Shown: piece by piece, positions 35,180 through 44,624 of the stretch
How the letters are laid out: each line of letters starts with the position of its first letter
How positions within the stretch are numbered: position 1 is the first letter of the stretch
From: Candidatus Eiseniibacteriota bacterium
GTDB taxonomy: Bacteria > Eisenbacteria > RBG-16-71-46
DNA length: 50,657 nt
Assembly: GCA_023249845.1 (NCBI GenBank)
Contig: JAHFBW010000002.1
Coordinates: 1 to 50,657 of the forward strand
Direction of reading: 5' to 3'
The notes under the pieces: generated by a model
Told to the model about the DNA's origin: nothing
Database searches by the model: none
The model's input: the letters and a program-made list of their open reading frames with translations, nothing else
Translations under genes and position numbers: made by a program

Positions 35180-35362
35180 TGGCCGGGATTATTCATGAAC
35201 CGTGAATCGAGAGGGACGGATGTCCGTGAAGCGCAAGGCGAAGGCTTGGCCCGCGACGGAGTAGTGTCGGTGACACGTCGCAGGAGCGGGCCACGCCTTC
35301 AACGCAGCGATTCATGGGCAGCCGGCCCGCGCCGGCCACGGGCTCATGAATGATCCCGGCTA
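35180..35362 (+). mobile_element. 183-bp MITE-like element, copy B
   Basis: It aligns end to end with copy A, with about a dozen mismatches counted by eye. The right end CCCGGCTA overlaps the stop codon of 35360-36046. Confidence 0.7.
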
Positions 35363-36046
35363 GTGTCGCGTCTGCACGAGGTGCACGGTGGCGCCGCAGT
35401 GGCGCGCGAGCAGGTCGGCGACGCGCGCGAGCATGAGCGACAGGTGCTGGCTCGGCCGCTCCGCCGGGCAGTAGATGACCGCGAGCAGTGCGCGCGTGCC
35501 GTCGCTGACCTGCGTGCGTGCCGAGTCCGCCGTGGGCGCGCCGAATGCGCCCTCGTCGTCGGCGAGCAGCGGCCGACCGGCGAGGTTCACGCGGCCCTTG
35601 CGGATGCCTTCGTATCCTTCGCCGGGGCGACCGACGCGCGCGTAGATGGCGCCCTTCACGTTCGCGCGGTCGTAGAGCCCGAGCGGGAGCTGGTGCTCGA
35701 GCGACGCCAGGTTGCACGCGTCCACCGCGGGCTGGATGCGCGGCAGTCCCTTGCCCTGCAGCACGCGGCGCAGCAATGCCTCGCTCGCGGGCCGCGATTT
35801 CGTCGGGTCCACGCCCAGCCGATGGAACATGCCGCGAGTCTCGGCCACGCCCGGGATGTCGGCGGCAGCGCGCCCTTCGAATCGGCGCATCAGGCCGCGG
35901 ATGGACTCGTCGCGTTCGGTGTCGAACGCCTCGCCGAGCGGTTCACCGTGGAGCCCGTCGGCCTCGAGCCACCCCAGGGCGACCACGCCTCGGAGCGCTT
36001 CATCCATCTCGAGCGCGAGTCCACCTGCGCGAGCCTGCAGTGTCAT
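35360..36046 (-). CDS. B3/B4 tRNA-binding-domain protein (PheT B3_4-like)
   Basis: The 228-aa product contains the B3/4-like pattern ...FHRLGVDPTKSRPASEALLRRVL.G..LPRI...VD.CN..SLE..LPLGLYD. Confidence 0.75.
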   Translation of the reverse strand: MTLQARAGGLALEMDEALRGVVALGWLEADGLHGEPLGEAFDTERDESIRGLMRRFEGRAAADIPGVAETRGMFHRLGVDPTKSRPASEALLRRVLQGKGLPRIQPAVDACNLASLEHQLPLGLYDRANVKGAIYARVGRPGEGYEGIRKGRVNLAGRPLLADDEGAFGAPTADSARTQVSDGTRALLAVIYCPAERPSQHLSLMLARVADLLARHCGATVHLVQTRH

Positions 36047-36540
36047 CGCGATCTCCTGCGTCGCTCATCGTCCGCGCGGACCGCTGCGCGAAGGATGAGG
36101 AGCGGGCGGCGTGGAAATCCCTTTCCGACCGAACGCACGAGAAGGCACGAAGGCCCTCGAGTGCGCGCACGGCCTAAACTCTTGTCATCGCCGCCCGCCG
36201 GCCCCTGAGTCCTCAAGAGGCGCGCGCGGAGGTTCGCGCGCAGCCCGACCGGCGCCTCTGCCGCGCGCGAAACTCGTGGTGGTTGCGCGACAGGCGGTGT
36301 GAATCGTGGGCGCACCATAGCGTGCGCGCCACGCGGTGCCAACCGATTTTCGACTCGCACGCGAGATTTTTTTCGATCGCCTGACCGCGCGATTCGCATG
36401 CCGGATCCGCGAGTGCTCCGGAGATTTGTTCCGGCGGCGAGCGCTCGCGCACGAGCGCAGGTGCGTGTTGCTACGAACGCATCGCGAGCGCGTGGCGAGC
36501 GCGTGGTGTGATACGACCGTCGCTGGAAGCACGCGTGCCA

Positions 36541-36575
36541 CGGCGAAACGACTGTCGGGGCGCGCGCTGCGCGCC
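36541..36575 (-). terminator. possible terminator of the Gre-fusion gene
   Basis: On the minus strand, the stem GGCGCGC pairs with GCGCGCC across an AGC loop (36559-36575), followed by CCCGACAGTCGTTTCGCC. Confidence 0.35.
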
Positions 36576-36580
36576 GCGCT

Positions 36581-39322
36581 TCAGGACGCGCTGGAAGGCG
36601 CTTCCGCGGGCGGCAGCCGCCGCGTGACGGAGCTCAGTCGCCACGTGCGCCGCTGGTCGCCGTCGCCCAGTTCGAGCGTGTCCCCGACGCTGCGGCCGAG
36701 GATCGCCTTGGCGATCGGCGTCTGGTGCGAGATGACGTGCGCGCCCAAGTGGTGCTCGCCGGCGCCCAGGATCCAGTACGACGACTTCTCCCCGGCGCTC
36801 TCCAGTACGACCTCGGTACCCAGACCGGCGACCCCCTCGTGGAACTCCGCGTCCTCCACGAAGCGGGCGCGGGAGATCCGCTTCTGCAGCGAGCCGGCGC
36901 GTGTCTGCGCGTTTCGCTGCTTGAGCTTGGCGGAGTGGTACTCCGCGTTCTCCTTCAGGTCGCCCAGCTCGCGTGCCTTCTGGATGGTCTGCGGGATGGT
37001 CGTGCGCAGCTCGCGCTCGAGCTCCTCGAGTTCGCGCTGGAGAAGCACCCAGGTCGCGCGCGTCATCACCGGCGTGTCGAACTCCTCCGCCTGCTCGCCC
37101 ACCTGGCTGAACAGCGCGTCGGTCTTCTTCTGGCGGTGGTCCAGCACCCACTGGCGCTCGTCCGCCATGCCGACGCGCGCGACGGCCTCGAGCGCCGGGA
37201 ACAGGTAGCGGTCGCTCGAACGCCACTGGCGGAGCAGCACGCGCAGCTTCAACCGCGCCTCGTTGGGGGGCGTGACGCCCTTGAGCATGCGGGGCAACGC
37301 GCCGCCCTCGTCGATCCAGCGCAGCACCTTCTCGCCCGTCGAGGGCTTGGGCTTCTCCTCGATGAGCTGCAGCGCCGCGATGAACAACCGCCACGCGTCG
37401 GCCGGCGGCGTGGCTGCGGCGATCTCGTCCTCGATCAGCCGCAGCATCGCAGCCGGGAAGTGCACTGCGCGGTCCACGAGCGCGCGCCGGAGCTGCGCCT
37501 TGCCCTGTTCGTCCAGCAGCGCGAGGTCCTTCTCGGCCGCGTCGCGCACCGCGGCGAACCGCGAGTCGAGCGCCGACAGGATGGCCTCGGCGGCCACGCC
37601 GGCCGTGCGCGAGTCGGCGAGGAACGCGAGCTGCTCGTCCTCGAACGTGAGGTCGCTGATGCCGATCCCCAGGCCCCACAGCGCGCGCACCACGCCGAGC
37701 CACACCTCGCGCTGCTCGGGATACCAGCGCGCGAAGCACAGGCCGGCCCGCGCCCGGTCGGCCTTGTCGCTCTCGTGGTCCAGCGTCAGGCGCTGGACGA
37801 ATCGTCCGAAGCGCGCACGGAGCGGCTCTTCGAGCGTGGGGTGCTGCGCCAGGAACTTGCGGATGGTGCCGAGATTCGTCCGGGCGGGCTTCCGCACCTC
37901 GAGCGCGGGCAGCGGCGCAGTATCGTGAGCGCTGTCGGCGCCGGCCTTGAAGCCGGACGTGCCGGCCGCGGGCCGCTCGGGCACAAGCTTGTAGAACTGC
38001 TCGAACGCGCGTGCGTGATCGATGCGCGGGTCCTTCTCACAGGCGGGTTTCGCCTTGCGCCAGAACACCGTCCAGTCCTTGGCCGAGACCAGGTCCGTGC
38101 TGATCAGGAACAGCTTGAGTCGATTCGCGTCGGCGGCGCCGCCCAGGCACTTGAGCGCGCTCACGATCATGCCGGCCTGGTCCTCGGTACGCAGGCGCGC
38201 CACTTCGGCCGGGTTCGTGAAGCGCACGAGCCGAATGTCGTCCTCGGCCACCGGCGTGAGCGTCCGCCGCGCGGCCACGTACGGCATCTTGTGGCCCCTG
38301 GATTTCATGAAGTCCACGACGATGGTGACGGTGTCGTTGGAGACGATGCGGCCCGGACCGAAGCCGTCGTGCAGCACGCCGCGGCCCGGCGCGAGCGACG
38401 CGATGGTGTCGAACGACTCGATGGCCTTGGGTAAGGGCGTGTCGGCGTCGGCGAGCCCGCTCTGCGTGATGGCCTCGTCGAGCGCCGGTACCTGCCGGCC
38501 GGGGCCCTGCCGCAGCGCCTCTACGACCGCGTCGCGGAACGGCTCCGCCGCCGCCTCGCCCTTCGCTCCCACCGCGAGCGAGACCACCTTGCGAAGCGGC
38601 TCCAGCGCCTCGCCGGCGCGGCCGCTCTTCGCCAGCCCCTTCACCGCGACGGCCGCCACGGCGCGGCACTCCTTGAGCGCGCCCTTGGCCGCCAGTATCG
38701 GCAACGCGGCCGCCACGTGGAGCAGCCCCTCCCAGTCGTCGTGCTCGGCCAGTTCCTCCGCGGCCTCTTCCAGGTCGTCGAAGCGGTCGGCATCGGCGAA
38801 GCGCGGTGCCAGGTCCGAGAGGAGTGCGCGGCGGTCGTCGCCGCGATCGGCGTCACCCAGCCGTTTCGCCAGCTTCTGCGCGAGCTCCAGGTCGTCGGGC
38901 ATGATCGCCCATGCACGCGACAGCGCGTCCAGCCGCTCGGGATCCTTGCCGAGACCCTCGTGCGCCTCCACCAGAAGTCGTGCCGCGGCCTGCGTCTGCA
39001 TGAGCGAGAGCGAGCGTTCGGCCAGCGCCGCCAGCGGCTCCCACTTCTTCTTGGCCAGCACCTTCTCGCCGAGCGCCAGCAGCGTCTGCTGCGCGCGCTC
39101 CACCTCGCCGTTCAGCGCGCACGCCGCCGAGAGCAGGTAGTAGACGCCCCACGACGGATCGGATTGCTTGAGTCGGCCGCCCAGCTCGTCCCGCATCCAG
39201 GTCAGCCGCTTCTCCTGCTGGGCTTCGTGGGCGAGCGATTCGAGTTCCGTGCGTGCGGCCGCCGAGAGATCGGCTCCGACTTCACCACGGAGCACAGCGG
39301 GCAGGGCGTCGCGGACGGGCAT
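36581..39322 (-). CDS. 913-aa protein with a C-terminal GreA/GreB module, a central CarD-like segment and a long helical N-terminal region
   Basis: The C-terminus aligns over the full length of GreA (ARELGDLKENAEYHSAK..., ISHQTPIAKAILGRSVGD). I use the ATG at 39322 (MPVRD), because the longer ORF overlaps the divergent OMP gene's upstream region. Confidence 0.8.
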   Translation of the reverse strand: MPVRDALPAVLRGEVGADLSAAARTELESLAHEAQQEKRLTWMRDELGGRLKQSDPSWGVYYLLSAACALNGEVERAQQTLLALGEKVLAKKKWEPLAALAERSLSLMQTQAAARLLVEAHEGLGKDPERLDALSRAWAIMPDDLELAQKLAKRLGDADRGDDRRALLSDLAPRFADADRFDDLEEAAEELAEHDDWEGLLHVAAALPILAAKGALKECRAVAAVAVKGLAKSGRAGEALEPLRKVVSLAVGAKGEAAAEPFRDAVVEALRQGPGRQVPALDEAITQSGLADADTPLPKAIESFDTIASLAPGRGVLHDGFGPGRIVSNDTVTIVVDFMKSRGHKMPYVAARRTLTPVAEDDIRLVRFTNPAEVARLRTEDQAGMIVSALKCLGGAADANRLKLFLISTDLVSAKDWTVFWRKAKPACEKDPRIDHARAFEQFYKLVPERPAAGTSGFKAGADSAHDTAPLPALEVRKPARTNLGTIRKFLAQHPTLEEPLRARFGRFVQRLTLDHESDKADRARAGLCFARWYPEQREVWLGVVRALWGLGIGISDLTFEDEQLAFLADSRTAGVAAEAILSALDSRFAAVRDAAEKDLALLDEQGKAQLRRALVDRAVHFPAAMLRLIEDEIAAATPPADAWRLFIAALQLIEEKPKPSTGEKVLRWIDEGGALPRMLKGVTPPNEARLKLRVLLRQWRSSDRYLFPALEAVARVGMADERQWVLDHRQKKTDALFSQVGEQAEEFDTPVMTRATWVLLQRELEELERELRTTIPQTIQKARELGDLKENAEYHSAKLKQRNAQTRAGSLQKRISRARFVEDAEFHEGVAGLGTEVVLESAGEKSSYWILGAGEHHLGAHVISHQTPIAKAILGRSVGDTLELGDGDQRRTWRLSSVTRRLPPAEAPSSAS

Positions 39323-39583
39323 GGCCTCGCTAGGAATGGGGGTCGCCGACTCGGCGAAAGGGCAGGGGAATATGGCGCAGCGCGCCGCCGCGCGCAAGCG
39401 GGCGGGCCGCGACGGCGAGGCGCCGCGTGCGTCTTGCACGACGCTCGCGGGGCCGACGCTCGGCGCGGAACCAGCCCCTCCAGACGCCGGCGGAAGCCGC
39501 CGAAAACTCCGGGCGTGGTCGCAGCCGGGCGAGTGGATCCTCCACACGATCGCTCGGTTCCGCGTCACGAAGGGGAGGGCAAC

Positions 39584-40144
39584 ATGAAGCGATTCGTTCT
39601 GTTCCTCGCCGTCTTGCTGTGCGCGTTCGTCGCGCCGACCGCGAGGGCCCAGTCCGACCTGGGACTCAAGAACCTGGGCGTGGCGATCGGCTACGTCAGT
39701 CCCGAAAACCTGGACGGCACGTTCAGCTTCGGTGGCTTCGCCGACTGGGGCAAGATGGCCCCGAATATCGGCCTGGAGACGCGTCTCGACTATTGGTCGT
39801 GGTCGGAGTCGGCGTTCGGCGCCGAGACCAGCGTGCATGACCTCACGGTCGGCGCGCGTGGCAAGTACTACTTCGCGACGTCGAATCCGCGGGTGCGCCC
39901 GTTCGCCGGCACCGGGCTCGCGATCCACTTCATCGGGTCGGAAGTCACGATCCCCGCGTCGCCGGGCTTCCCGGCGATGTCGGCGAAGGACAGCCAGAAC
40001 AAGCTCGGCTTGGACCTGGGCGGCGGCATCGCCACCCCGATCAACGAGCGCACGGACTTCCTCGGCGAAGCCTGGTTCGGCATCGTCTCAGACGTGAGCC
40101 AGTTCTCGCTGCGCGCCGGCCTGTCCTACAAGCTCGGCCGGTAA
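39584..40144 (+). CDS. small outer-membrane beta-barrel protein
   Basis: An AGGGGAGGG RBS precedes the start, and the signal peptide is MKRFVLFLAVLLCAFVAPTARA. The beta-strand periodicity is clear, and the C-terminus reads LSYKLGR. Confidence 0.7.
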   Translation: MKRFVLFLAVLLCAFVAPTARAQSDLGLKNLGVAIGYVSPENLDGTFSFGGFADWGKMAPNIGLETRLDYWSWSESAFGAETSVHDLTVGARGKYYFATSNPRVRPFAGTGLAIHFIGSEVTIPASPGFPAMSAKDSQNKLGLDLGGGIATPINERTDFLGEAWFGIVSDVSQFSLRAGLSYKLGR

Positions 40145-40226
40145 CTTCTGTGGCGGGTCGGCGACATTCGCCGGCCCGCTCTTTCCTTGCAGCTGAAGCG
40201 CCTCCGCCCGGCGCACGCCGCGCGCC

Positions 40227-41645
40227 TCATTGGACGGGCAGCGCCGCCTCCGCGTGCGCGACGAAGCCGCCGCCCTGGTCCAGGACGTCGGTGAACCCCG
40301 CGCGCCGCAGCACGGTCATGCCGATGCGCGAGCGCGTCCCGCTCCAGCAGAACAGCGCCACGGGGCGGTCGCGCGGCAGCTCCGAGGCGCGCGCCGGCAG
40401 GTCCCCGAGCGGGATGTGCACCGCGCCGGGAACGCGCCCCGAATCCAGCTCGGCCAGGCCGCGCACGTCGAGCAGCGTGATCTCGCCGCGCTGCGCGCGT
40501 TCGTACGCCTCGCCGGCGCCGATCATGGGCGTCACCGCGAGCGGCCCGCGCGCGCGCGCCCACACCGGGAACGCGCCGGAGCCGTACCAGCCGGCCACGT
40601 CGTCCAGGCCGATCATGGCAAGCTGGCGCACGGTCGCCAGGACACGTGGCAGGTCGTTCGCGATGAGCGAGATGGAACGGTCGTAAGGCAGGAATGAGCC
40701 GGCCCACGTCGGGAACGAAGCGCCGGTCGGGATCCCGAGCACGCCGGGAATGGCGCCTGCCAAGACATCGCGCGTCGGACGCACGTCCACGATCGCGTCA
40801 CCGCGGTCGACGGCGGCGACGATGCCGTCGTCGGGTAGCCGGGGCGGCTCGCGGTAACCGCCGAGGATCGCGGGCCCGTGCTGGTTCATGCGTTTCATGT
40901 GTTTGAAATACGCTGGCGGCTCGGGCTGCCCCGCCAGCACCTCGCGAACGAACGCGTCCTCGTTGTCGTTCCGGAGGCCCCAGTTCGTGCGCATCTCGTA
41001 GGCGAGCGTCGTGACCGGAAGGCCGCCCAGCGCCTTGCCGCACGCCGAGCCCGGCCCGTGCCCTGGCCACAACATCACGTGCTCCGGGTAGCGCTCGCGG
41101 AACCGCTTGAGCGCCGCGTGCAGCACACGCGCGCCCTTCTCCATGGTGCCGGCCATGTTCGCCGCGCGCTCGAGCAGGTCGGGCCGCCCGACGTCGCCCA
41201 CGAACACGAAGTCCCCCGTGAACACTCCGAGCGGGTCCGGGCTCGCGGCTTCGTCGGTGAGCACGAAGCTCACGTGCTCGGGCGTGTGCCCGGGCGTGTA
41301 GAGCACGTCGAGGCGGACGCGGCCGGCGCGAATGGAATCGCCGTCTCGTAAGCCCACCACGTTCGGCTCGCCGAGCCACGCGTATCTCCAGTCGGGGCCG
41401 CCCTCGTTGGAGAGGCAGGCCCTGGCGTTCGCGCGCCTCGCCAGCTCGCGTGTGCCCGAGAGGAAGTCGGCGTGGATGTGCGTCTCCGTCACCGCGACGA
41501 TCTTCAAGCTCTCGGCGGCGGCGGCACGCAGGTAGGCCTCCACGTCGCGGTTCGGGTCCACGACGATCGCGTCGTGCGTCTCCATGTCACCAAGCAGGAA
41601 GCTCGCCTGGGCGAGCGGGTCGTCGTAGAAGCGTTTGAGCAACAT
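40227..41645 (-). CDS. MBL-fold hydrolase fused to two rhodanese-like domains (persulfide dioxygenase/sulfurtransferase-like)
   Basis: The metal motif is THIHADFLSG, followed by TPGHTPEH. The C-terminal rhodanese domain has the active-site loop CWSGTRS. Confidence 0.85.
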   Translation of the reverse strand: MLLKRFYDDPLAQASFLLGDMETHDAIVVDPNRDVEAYLRAAAAESLKIVAVTETHIHADFLSGTRELARRANARACLSNEGGPDWRYAWLGEPNVVGLRDGDSIRAGRVRLDVLYTPGHTPEHVSFVLTDEAASPDPLGVFTGDFVFVGDVGRPDLLERAANMAGTMEKGARVLHAALKRFRERYPEHVMLWPGHGPGSACGKALGGLPVTTLAYEMRTNWGLRNDNEDAFVREVLAGQPEPPAYFKHMKRMNQHGPAILGGYREPPRLPDDGIVAAVDRGDAIVDVRPTRDVLAGAIPGVLGIPTGASFPTWAGSFLPYDRSISLIANDLPRVLATVRQLAMIGLDDVAGWYGSGAFPVWARARGPLAVTPMIGAGEAYERAQRGEITLLDVRGLAELDSGRVPGAVHIPLGDLPARASELPRDRPVALFCWSGTRSRIGMTVLRRAGFTDVLDQGGGFVAHAEAALPVQ

Positions 41646-41801
41646 GGCGCGGCCTCCGCGTGAGTCCTCAAACCTCCCGCACATCGAGGGTCCGGGCAAC
41701 TGGGCGTTGCCCGCGCCGTCGTGACGGCAGCGCGCGGCTGCGCTCTCGAGCGGCTGGCCGGCGTGTGACGCCCGCGAGACACCCGGCTACACTCGCGGGT
41801 C

Positions 41802-42356
41802 ATGAAGATCTACACGCGCACGGGCGACGACGGCACCACCGGGCTTCTCGGCAAGGCCCGCGTGCCGAAGCACCACCTGCGCGTCGAGGCCTACGGCAGC
41901 GTGGATGAGTTGAACGCCGTGCTCGGCGTGGTGCACGCGCAGGATTCCGCCAAGGCGTTCGGCGACCTGGTGCCCGCGCTCCAAGCCGCGCTGTTCGACG
42001 TGGGCGCGGAGCTGGCCACGACCGATGCGGCCATGCTCGAGAAGCTCGTGCACGTCCAGGGCGCGCAGGTGGAGCGGCTCGAACGCGAGATCGATCGCCT
42101 CGAGGCCGGCCTTTCGCCGCTCACGAACTTCGTGCTGCCCGGCGGCACGCCGCTGGCGGCGGCGCTTCACCATGCGCGCACCGTGTGCCGCCGTGCGGAG
42201 CGGCGCGTCACGGCGCTCGCGGCGGCGGAGTCCGTGCGTCCCGACCTCGTGCGCTGGCTCAATCGGCTCGCGGACCTGTTGTTCGTGATGGCGCGCTCGG
42301 CCAACGCGCGTGCCGGCGTGGCGGACCAGGCCTGGACGCCCCGAAGCAAAGCGTGA
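41802..42356 (+). CDS. ATP:cob(I)alamin adenosyltransferase, PduO type
   Basis: The N-terminus MKIYTRTGDDGTTGL and the motifs VEAYGSVDELNAVLG and FVLPGG are present. Confidence 0.9.
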   Translation: MKIYTRTGDDGTTGLLGKARVPKHHLRVEAYGSVDELNAVLGVVHAQDSAKAFGDLVPALQAALFDVGAELATTDAAMLEKLVHVQGAQVERLEREIDRLEAGLSPLTNFVLPGGTPLAAALHHARTVCRRAERRVTALAAAESVRPDLVRWLNRLADLLFVMARSANARAGVADQAWTPRSKA

Positions 42357-42426
42357 GCGCGCGGCCGGGACCGCTCCGTCCCACGACTGGGCGCTCGATC
42401 GCAACCTCGAGACAGGAGAACGTGTC

Positions 42427-44562
42427 GTGACACTGGCGGGCACCAAGGTCTCGCACTATCAGCTCAAGGAAGTGCTGGGACGCGGCGCCATGGGCGAGGT
42501 TTGGCTCGCGGACGACCTACACCTCCCGAGGCAGGTGGCGGTGAAGTTGCTCCCACCGCACCAATCCGGCCAGCGCGACGCGATCGACCGCCTGCTGCGC
42601 GAAGCGCGCGCCGCGGCGAGCGTGGACCATCCCGCTGTGGTCACCGTGTACGAAGCAGGCATCGCCGACGACCGACCCTACGTCGTGATGCAGCGCGTGG
42701 AGGGCGAGACACTTGAAGCCCTGCTCAAGACGGGCCCACTCCCGGTGTCGACCGCGATCGCGATCGCGACTCAGATCGCCGACGCGCTCGCCGAGGTGCA
42801 CGCGTTGGGGATCGTGCACCGCGACTTGAAGCCCTCGAACGTCATCTGGACGTCCCGTGGCGCGAAACTCCTCGACTTCGGACTCGCCTCCATCAAGTCC
42901 GCGATGGACCAGACGCGTACGGTCGGTTCTGTGGGCACGCCGCTCTACATGAGTCCCGAGCAGGCGCGCGGCCAGCTCGCCGACAACCGCTCCGACCTGT
43001 GGTCGCTGGGCTGCGTGCTGCACGAGACGCTCACCGGCACGCGCGCATTCGCGTCCGACACGCTGGCGGGCACGGCGAACCGCATCCTCACGCACGAGCC
43101 GGCGTCTCCGTCCTCGCTCCGCCCCGAACTGCCACGCGAGCTCGACTACATCGTGGCGAAGCTCTTGCGCAAGGACCCCGCGCTCCGTTACCAGCGCGCC
43201 GAGGACCTGCTCGCCGACTTGAAGAGCCTCGGCTCCGGCTCCGGCCATCCACCGCTGCCCGCGAAGCGGTCGCTCCCTTCGGTGGTTGTGCTGCCGTTCG
43301 AGGTCATGAGTCCGGATTCCGCTGATGGCTATCTCGCGTCCGGACTCGCGGAGGACCTCATCGTGGACCTCGCCCGCGTGAAGGGCCTGCGCGTCGCGCC
43401 GCGCGATGAGGCGGCGGCCTACCGCGATCGCGCCGTTCCCGCGCGCACGCTGGCGAGGGAGCTGGGCGTGGATTACGTGCTGAGCGGCAGCGTCCGCCGC
43501 GCCGGCCAGCGCGCGCGCATCAGCGCGCAGCTCGTGCGAGCGAGCGACGGGCACACGCTGTGGGCCGAACGCTTCGACCGCACGCTCGATGATCTGTTCG
43601 AGGTGCAGGCCGAGGTTGCGAAGCAGATCGTCACGGCGCTCCAGGTGGCAGTCTCACCGAAGGAGCAGGCGCTCCTCGAGAAGGTGCCGACGAAGAGCCG
43701 CGAGGCGTACGAGCTGTTCCTGCAGGCCCGTGCGCTCATGAACTCGATGTACAAGGAGGCGAACACGCAGGCCGGCCAGCTACTGCGCGCCGCGGTCGAC
43801 CTGGACCCGCAGTTCACACAGGCGATCGCCGCGCTTGCGGAGTGCCATGCGCATCGCGTGCTCGCTTGGTGGGGATCCACGGACGATGTGTCGATGGCCC
43901 GCGAGCTCGCGGAGCGCGCGCTCGCGCTCGAGCCCGACCTCGTCGAGGCCCGCTTCGCGCTCGCCACCGCCTATCGCTACGCCGGCGACCATGCACGTGA
44001 ACTCCCCGAGCTCGAGCGCATCCTCGCACTCGAACCCGAACACCAGACCGCGAACGAGTTCGTGGGCTGGAGCTACATGGCACGCGGCGAGCCCGGGAAG
44101 GGATTGCCCGTCCTCGAGCGCATCACCGCCCTACCCACGGCCCGCTACAACGCCTGGAGCTTTCTCGCGATGTGCTACGAGATGCTTCACCGCGACGCGG
44201 AATCGAAGCGCGCGGAGGAGCGCTTGTTCGAAGAGCTGCTCGAGGAGCTGCGCAAACGTCCCGACAACGTGCACGCCCGCTCACTGCTCGGCCAGCGCCT
44301 GATCCACCGCGGGGACCGCGCCGGCGGGATCGCCCAGGTCGAGATGTGCCTGCGTATCGCGCCCGACGACAACCGCGTGCTCTACAACGGAGCGTGCACG
44401 ATGGCGGTGGCAGGAGAACGGCAACGCGCGATGGAGCTCCTGCACGAGGCCGCGCGGCGGGTGCCCGGTTACATGCGCGACTGGCCTCGGCAGGACCCCG
44501 ATCTCGTCTCACTTCGCGATGATCCCGAGTTCATCGCGATGTTCTCGCCCGACAAGGCCTGA
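42427..44562 (+). CDS. Ser/Thr protein kinase with TolB-N-like module and TPR repeats
   Basis: The GTG at 42427 lies 7 nt after AGGAGAA. Kinase motifs are GRGAMGEVWLA, VAVKLL, HRDLKPSNV, DFGLA and YMSPEQ. The VVVLPFEVMS...YLASGLAEDLI module follows, then TPR repeats. Confidence 0.85.
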   Translation: MTLAGTKVSHYQLKEVLGRGAMGEVWLADDLHLPRQVAVKLLPPHQSGQRDAIDRLLREARAAASVDHPAVVTVYEAGIADDRPYVVMQRVEGETLEALLKTGPLPVSTAIAIATQIADALAEVHALGIVHRDLKPSNVIWTSRGAKLLDFGLASIKSAMDQTRTVGSVGTPLYMSPEQARGQLADNRSDLWSLGCVLHETLTGTRAFASDTLAGTANRILTHEPASPSSLRPELPRELDYIVAKLLRKDPALRYQRAEDLLADLKSLGSGSGHPPLPAKRSLPSVVVLPFEVMSPDSADGYLASGLAEDLIVDLARVKGLRVAPRDEAAAYRDRAVPARTLARELGVDYVLSGSVRRAGQRARISAQLVRASDGHTLWAERFDRTLDDLFEVQAEVAKQIVTALQVAVSPKEQALLEKVPTKSREAYELFLQARALMNSMYKEANTQAGQLLRAAVDLDPQFTQAIAALAECHAHRVLAWWGSTDDVSMARELAERALALEPDLVEARFALATAYRYAGDHARELPELERILALEPEHQTANEFVGWSYMARGEPGKGLPVLERITALPTARYNAWSFLAMCYEMLHRDAESKRAEERLFEELLEELRKRPDNVHARSLLGQRLIHRGDRAGGIAQVEMCLRIAPDDNRVLYNGACTMAVAGERQRAMELLHEAARRVPGYMRDWPRQDPDLVSLRDDPEFIAMFSPDKA

Positions 44563-44595
44563 CACGGCGTTCTCGGCCACCGCAAAAACACCCAC

Positions 44596-44624
44596 TTGAT
44601 TTCCGGCGGGAACCCGCCGATACT
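44596..44624 (+). promoter_or_regulatory. candidate sigma70-type promoter of rho (alternatively a weak terminator of the kinase gene)
   Basis: TTGATT (44596-44601), a 17-nt spacer and GATACT (44619-44624) are present. The spacer is itself a hairpin, CGGCGGG-AA-CCCGCCG, and CTTTTTG follows 6 nt later. Confidence 0.35.

Noticed and set aside
40227-42356. The MBL-rhodanese fusion next to the PduO adenosyltransferase as a novel sulfur/cobalamin system.
   Set aside because: The genes are divergent, both belong to well-known families (persulfide dioxygenase-rhodanese fusions and MMAB/PduO), and nothing links them to each other or to the distant B12/radical-SAM cassette.
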